A stretch of DNA of 64,000 nucleotides from Candidatus Omnitrophota bacterium. GTDB taxonomy: Bacteria; Omnitrophota; Gorgyraeia; Zapsychrales; Fredricksoniimonadaceae. A model generated the notes under the pieces. The model saw nothing but the letters and a program-made list of their open reading frames with translations, was not told the origin of the DNA and ran no database searches. Every line of letters begins with the position of its first letter. Position 1 is the stretch's first letter. The stretch spans positions 63,296 through 127,295 of the forward strand of contig JAGWKL010000001.1 in the NCBI GenBank assembly GCA_028865345.1, given 5' to 3'. Of the stretch, positions 60,525 to 64,000 are shown piece after piece. Made by a program: the position numbers and the translations under genes.

Positions 60525-61556
60525 ATGGACCGATTTTCATCCCTTCCCCTGCAGCGGCCTTCGGTGCCGTTGGAGATCATCGTCGAGATCACCGGCCGGT
60601 GCCGGCAGGTCTGCCCTTACTGCACCGGCCCGCGGATACCGGATGTGCCTTTCAAAGATATCAAAGCCGCCCTTGATGAGGCCGCGGGGCTTGGCGTCAG
60701 GGCCATCCGCATTACCGGCGGGGAACCTACCCTGCATCCTGATATCCGCCAAATCCTGACGTACACCAAGGCCAAAAAATTTGACATCATCCTGAACACA
60801 TCCGCCGACAATATCAGCGCGGCCCTGATGAAAACCATCATCGCTACCGTCGACGTTGCGCATGTCTCATTACAAGGCTACGATGAGAAAAACAATGCTT
60901 CCTACACCCGTTCCAAGGTCCCTTTCCTGGATAAAATCAAGAATATCTTTCTTTTAAAAGCTTATCTGCCGACCCTGTGGATCGCCACCGTCATAACGCC
61001 GGCCAAACCGTTAAAGCCCTTTATTCCCATTATTAAAAAGATCCACCCCGCCGCCTGGCTCCTGCAGCGCCCCATCAGTGAGTCCAATGAAGATTTGAAA
61101 AAAATGGACATTCCGTATTACCGTGCCCTTGCGCTTGAGATCATGAAACTCCGCAAAGAAAGGATCAACGCCTTTATTTCCAATCCGATTCCCCTGTGCG
61201 TCGCGGGGAACCTGGATATAGGTCAACAGGTGTTCCTGGGCGCCAAATTAGACGAGGGCCATTTACGCATCGTGCGCAGCGCCAAAGGGTATTTCAAGCC
61301 AAACTACTTTTTAGAGACCAATTTAGGCCGCACCCTTCAGGCTGCGTGGCAGCATCCTTTTTTAAACGACCTCAACCGCACCGACTATCTGCCGGACGAC
61401 TGCCAACGCTGCCCTCTGCTTGAAACCTGCCGGGGAGGCAGCCGTTCCATGGCCCTGCGCACCCACGGCACACCCCTGGCCGCGGATCCTCTCTTCGATG
61501 CCTCTACGGCCCGAAGAGCCCTGTCAAAGTACGATCCAAAACCTCAGCGCCTGTAA
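60525..61556 (+). CDS. Radical SAM protein with SPASM-like C-terminus
   Basis: GRCRQVCPYCTG and a C-terminal DDCQRCPLLETCRGG. Confidence 0.8.
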   Translation: MDRFSSLPLQRPSVPLEIIVEITGRCRQVCPYCTGPRIPDVPFKDIKAALDEAAGLGVRAIRITGGEPTLHPDIRQILTYTKAKKFDIILNTSADNISAALMKTIIATVDVAHVSLQGYDEKNNASYTRSKVPFLDKIKNIFLLKAYLPTLWIATVITPAKPLKPFIPIIKKIHPAAWLLQRPISESNEDLKKMDIPYYRALALEIMKLRKERINAFISNPIPLCVAGNLDIGQQVFLGAKLDEGHLRIVRSAKGYFKPNYFLETNLGRTLQAAWQHPFLNDLNRTDYLPDDCQRCPLLETCRGGSRSMALRTHGTPLAADPLFDASTARRALSKYDPKPQRL

Positions 61557-62721
61557 ACCACTCCTGCGGGACTGAAACATTGTTTTGAGACCGGCGTGCC
61601 GTTTCCCGGATCGCCGCAGCCAGCCCGTCCGCCGTTAAATGATCAATGGATAAAATCCTGGCGCCGATCGTCTCTTGAAGCATGAGCGCCCTTGCGGGCT
61701 GTTCACGGATCGACTGCCGTCCATACCCCTCAAAAGGAACAAGCACCGACTTCTTTTTGTATTTAAGCAGCATGACCGAGGTATGGTATGACGCCAGGGA
61801 AACGCAAACATCGCTGCTTTTGACCAGCCCTTCATAATCGCCCGCGGAGCGCAACAGCACCAGGTTTTTGATTTTCTTCTGACCCATCAGCGTGTTGAAG
61901 AAATACCATTCTTCAGAGGAAGTGGACGGCCCTGCCACCACGGTCACATAGTATTCTTTTCCCAGAAGATCACTGGCGCGGATGGCTTGGGCGATCACCT
62001 TAGGGTAGACCGCCCCGCCTCCCCGGAGTACGGCTACCCGGCAGGCCCCGGGAGCAGCAGGCGGTTTGGGACGATTCGTATCTTCGTCGTCCAGCGCCAC
62101 CTGGCTCTGGGGCAAAAGATATCCCGCAAATTTGGTTTTGGCAGCATGCCTGTCAAAGAATTCCAGATACCTTTGTTTCTCCTGCGGCCGCGAGAACAAG
62201 CCGGCCACGAACTCTTTTTCCTGCGGCGGCGAGAATATAAGGACCTGCTGATACAAGCGCAATATTTTCTGACGCCAGCCGTCATCCGTACCCGTCAATA
62301 AAGGGTAACCTGCCACGGCCCACAAGGGTGTGCCCTGGGCGGACATTTTAATCAGGGATGGGATCAGTTCATGGCGGCATTCGTGGCTTCCTATGGGGAA
62401 AAATTCCGTTATAAAAAAATCCGGGTTCTCACGGGCGACCAAATCCATGCAAGCCCGGGTCCGTTGTTCGGTCTGCTCCTGCATAGGGAAAGCCGGTTCT
62501 TTCAAGAAAGGCCTTTCCGTCGGAGCTTGAGGCAGCGGATAGACCTTGCCTATCCGGTTTATCATGGCCCTGGTCTGGACGGCCCCCGTCTGGATAAAGA
62601 AAACGTCCCCGTCAGGGGACCTTTTTTTGACGGCCTGCGCAACCGCGATGGCGCGGGAGGTGTGGCCGAAACATTCATAATGGGTAAAATAGAGACCCGT
62701 CTTGCGGGGGGAGGCTTTCAT
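61504..62721 (-). CDS. GT-B fold glycosyltransferase (GT1/GT28-like), paralog B
   Basis: It shares FTHYECFGHTSRAIA / FITEFFP / RGGGAVYPK blocks with 45597-46787. Confidence 0.6.
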   Translation of the reverse strand: MKASPRKTGLYFTHYECFGHTSRAIAVAQAVKKRSPDGDVFFIQTGAVQTRAMINRIGKVYPLPQAPTERPFLKEPAFPMQEQTEQRTRACMDLVARENPDFFITEFFPIGSHECRHELIPSLIKMSAQGTPLWAVAGYPLLTGTDDGWRQKILRLYQQVLIFSPPQEKEFVAGLFSRPQEKQRYLEFFDRHAAKTKFAGYLLPQSQVALDDEDTNRPKPPAAPGACRVAVLRGGGAVYPKVIAQAIRASDLLGKEYYVTVVAGPSTSSEEWYFFNTLMGQKKIKNLVLLRSAGDYEGLVKSSDVCVSLASYHTSVMLLKYKKKSVLVPFEGYGRQSIREQPARALMLQETIGARILSIDHLTADGLAAAIRETARRSQNNVSVPQEWFTGAEVLDRTLTGLFGP

Positions 62722-62787
62722 AACCGGTTTGAGGGGGCCGTATTAGGCATGGTCTTAAGAGCAGACCTTAGGAATTGAGGAAAAACT

Positions 62788-63576
62788 CTACTGACCGGGT
62801 ATGGGAGATCCAGCGCCGGGTGCATTGCATGCATCACGCATTTCGCTGTTGACAATGTCCGAACAACTGCCCGTCCCTTGGGCAACCCCAAACCAGGTAT
62901 AAAAATCTTTTGATTCCTGTTCAGGGGTCCGTACGTCTGCGAGGATACGGCATCCGGACAGCGCCCTATACCAGTTAAAATTCCAATTAGGCCCATAGGG
63001 CCCGACATAATCTTTGATATATTCTTCACAGGAGGAGGCTGAACCCTTTAAAGCCAAAACATATGCTATCTCCGCCACGGTATCACCTTCATCGTCTTTA
63101 GAAAAATCCGGGACATGCGTAAAAAATGCCTGCCTTGTGCCGGCACCGGGGGAATTGAGGACAGGGCATATCAGCGAAGCCAGCTCTTCCTGCGTCTTGA
63201 GCGGATATTGACTAATTTGACTGTAGAAGCACTCGGTGGGTTCCTTGCCTGTATTGCCTTGACAGGCAGTGTAAGCGCAAATCCATCGACGGATGCCTTT
63301 GGCCTTGCTTAAACAGCCTTCATCCCCCCCGCAGAGGGATAAGCCGCCCTTCGCCGCCTGAAACGCATTAAAATGCAATTGCTCCATGAGGGCCTGCCTG
63401 GGATCAACCGTCGCCGCAGGTATAGAATCGAGATCAATGGCGGGAGACATCGGGGGCTGGCTCTGGTTATCGGCGTTTTGTTGGGCCCCGGCAACACCTA
63501 CCCCGCCGGCGGCCAAAGACAGCAGCATAAAAAGGGCAAGGCCCCTTAACCTAATATGAAGTATGTGTCGTAACAT
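62788..63576 (-). CDS. Secreted cysteine-rich hypothetical protein
   Basis: N-terminal signal peptide MLRHILHIRLRGLALFMLLSLAAGGVGVAGAQQ and more than 12 Cys. Confidence 0.4.
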   Translation of the reverse strand: MLRHILHIRLRGLALFMLLSLAAGGVGVAGAQQNADNQSQPPMSPAIDLDSIPAATVDPRQALMEQLHFNAFQAAKGGLSLCGGDEGCLSKAKGIRRWICAYTACQGNTGKEPTECFYSQISQYPLKTQEELASLICPVLNSPGAGTRQAFFTHVPDFSKDDEGDTVAEIAYVLALKGSASSCEEYIKDYVGPYGPNWNFNWYRALSGCRILADVRTPEQESKDFYTWFGVAQGTGSCSDIVNSEMRDACNAPGAGSPIPGQ

Positions 63577-63820
63577 TGGAATGGTTGATGCAATTGCCCG
63601 ATGTACTCAGCGCATTCGTGTGGGTGGCCGTATTCTGCGCGGATGTGATATCCGTCATCGCCCCTGCCACGCCCAATGCCGCCACCGTAGACAAGCCGAC
63701 CTTTAAAATGGTTTCCTTGCTGACAAAGCCGTCCTCATCTTTCATCAATTCACCGAGAGACTTGGTCAGCGCCGCGGTCTTGTGAACGGCTTTACTTTTA
63801 TTTTTGGTTTTCTTGTTCAT
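63551..63820 (-). CDS. Small hypothetical protein (89 aa), Lys-rich N-terminus, Thr/His/Asn/Ser-rich C-terminus
   Basis: ORF only. It overlaps neighbours at both ends. Possible precursor-like peptide; see findings. Confidence 0.3.
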   Translation of the reverse strand: MNKKTKNKSKAVHKTAALTKSLGELMKDEDGFVSKETILKVGLSTVAALGVAGAMTDITSAQNTATHTNALSTSGNCINHSNVTTHTSY

Positions 63821-64000
63821 CGCCGACTCCTTGTGTCCAACGTTGGAAGACCTCTACATACTTTTTATCGCCCAGTAAATAAGAAAAAACCGTCCTGAAC
63901 TGGTGGGTCAACACATGCTGCAGGCGCGAATCCCCCTTAGGGACCACGTTTTTCTCCATTGCGTAATTCACCACAGGATCAACCCCCATCCACGGACTGT

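Overview
The window is one contig-like stretch of a moderately GC-rich bacterial genome made of two very different halves. Positions 1-35604 are conserved core genes, all on the minus strand. Positions ~35.6-64 kb are a dense accessory locus that I consider the most interesting part and probably an undescribed post-translational modification and glycosylation system. No integrase, transposase, CRISPR array or rRNA gene was seen. Many track ORFs lie antisense inside real genes and are GC-driven artefacts.

Core half (1-35604, all minus strand):
- Ribosomal and RNA polymerase supercluster: tRNA-Thr, rpmG, tRNA-Trp, secE, nusG, rplK-rplA-rplJ-rplL, rpoB-rpoC, rpsL-rpsG-fusA-tuf, rpsJ-rplC-rplD-rplW-rplB-rpsS-rplV, and a partial rpsC at the left edge.
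- Then tyrS, rpsA, plsC, a phosphohexomutase, nadD, proA, proB, three small accessory genes (VOC/PhnB-like, DUF1761, YbjQ), obg, rplU, an RNase G/E homolog, and a pilMNOPQ type IV pilus alignment/secretin operon.

Accessory half (~35.6-64 kb):
- A gene for a 368-aa Cys/Ser/Thr/Asn-rich protein with a Flp-type class III signal peptide (G/QSIIEY), translationally coupled to a kinase-fold protein.
- Ten radical SAM genes (several SPASM-like, two class-B-like with an N-terminal B12-type domain).
- A GT2 plus GT39 (Ppm/Pmt- or ArnC/ArnT-like) glycosylation pair, YdjC and CE4 deacetylases, a DegT aminotransferase, a PP-loop ATPase, a PaaK-like ligase, and a PanE-like reductase.
- A DUF3419/BtaA-like protein, a flavin-dependent halogenase (WxWxIP), two paralogous GT-B glycosyltransferases, an A24 prepilin peptidase (GGDAKL), and secreted Cys-rich proteins.
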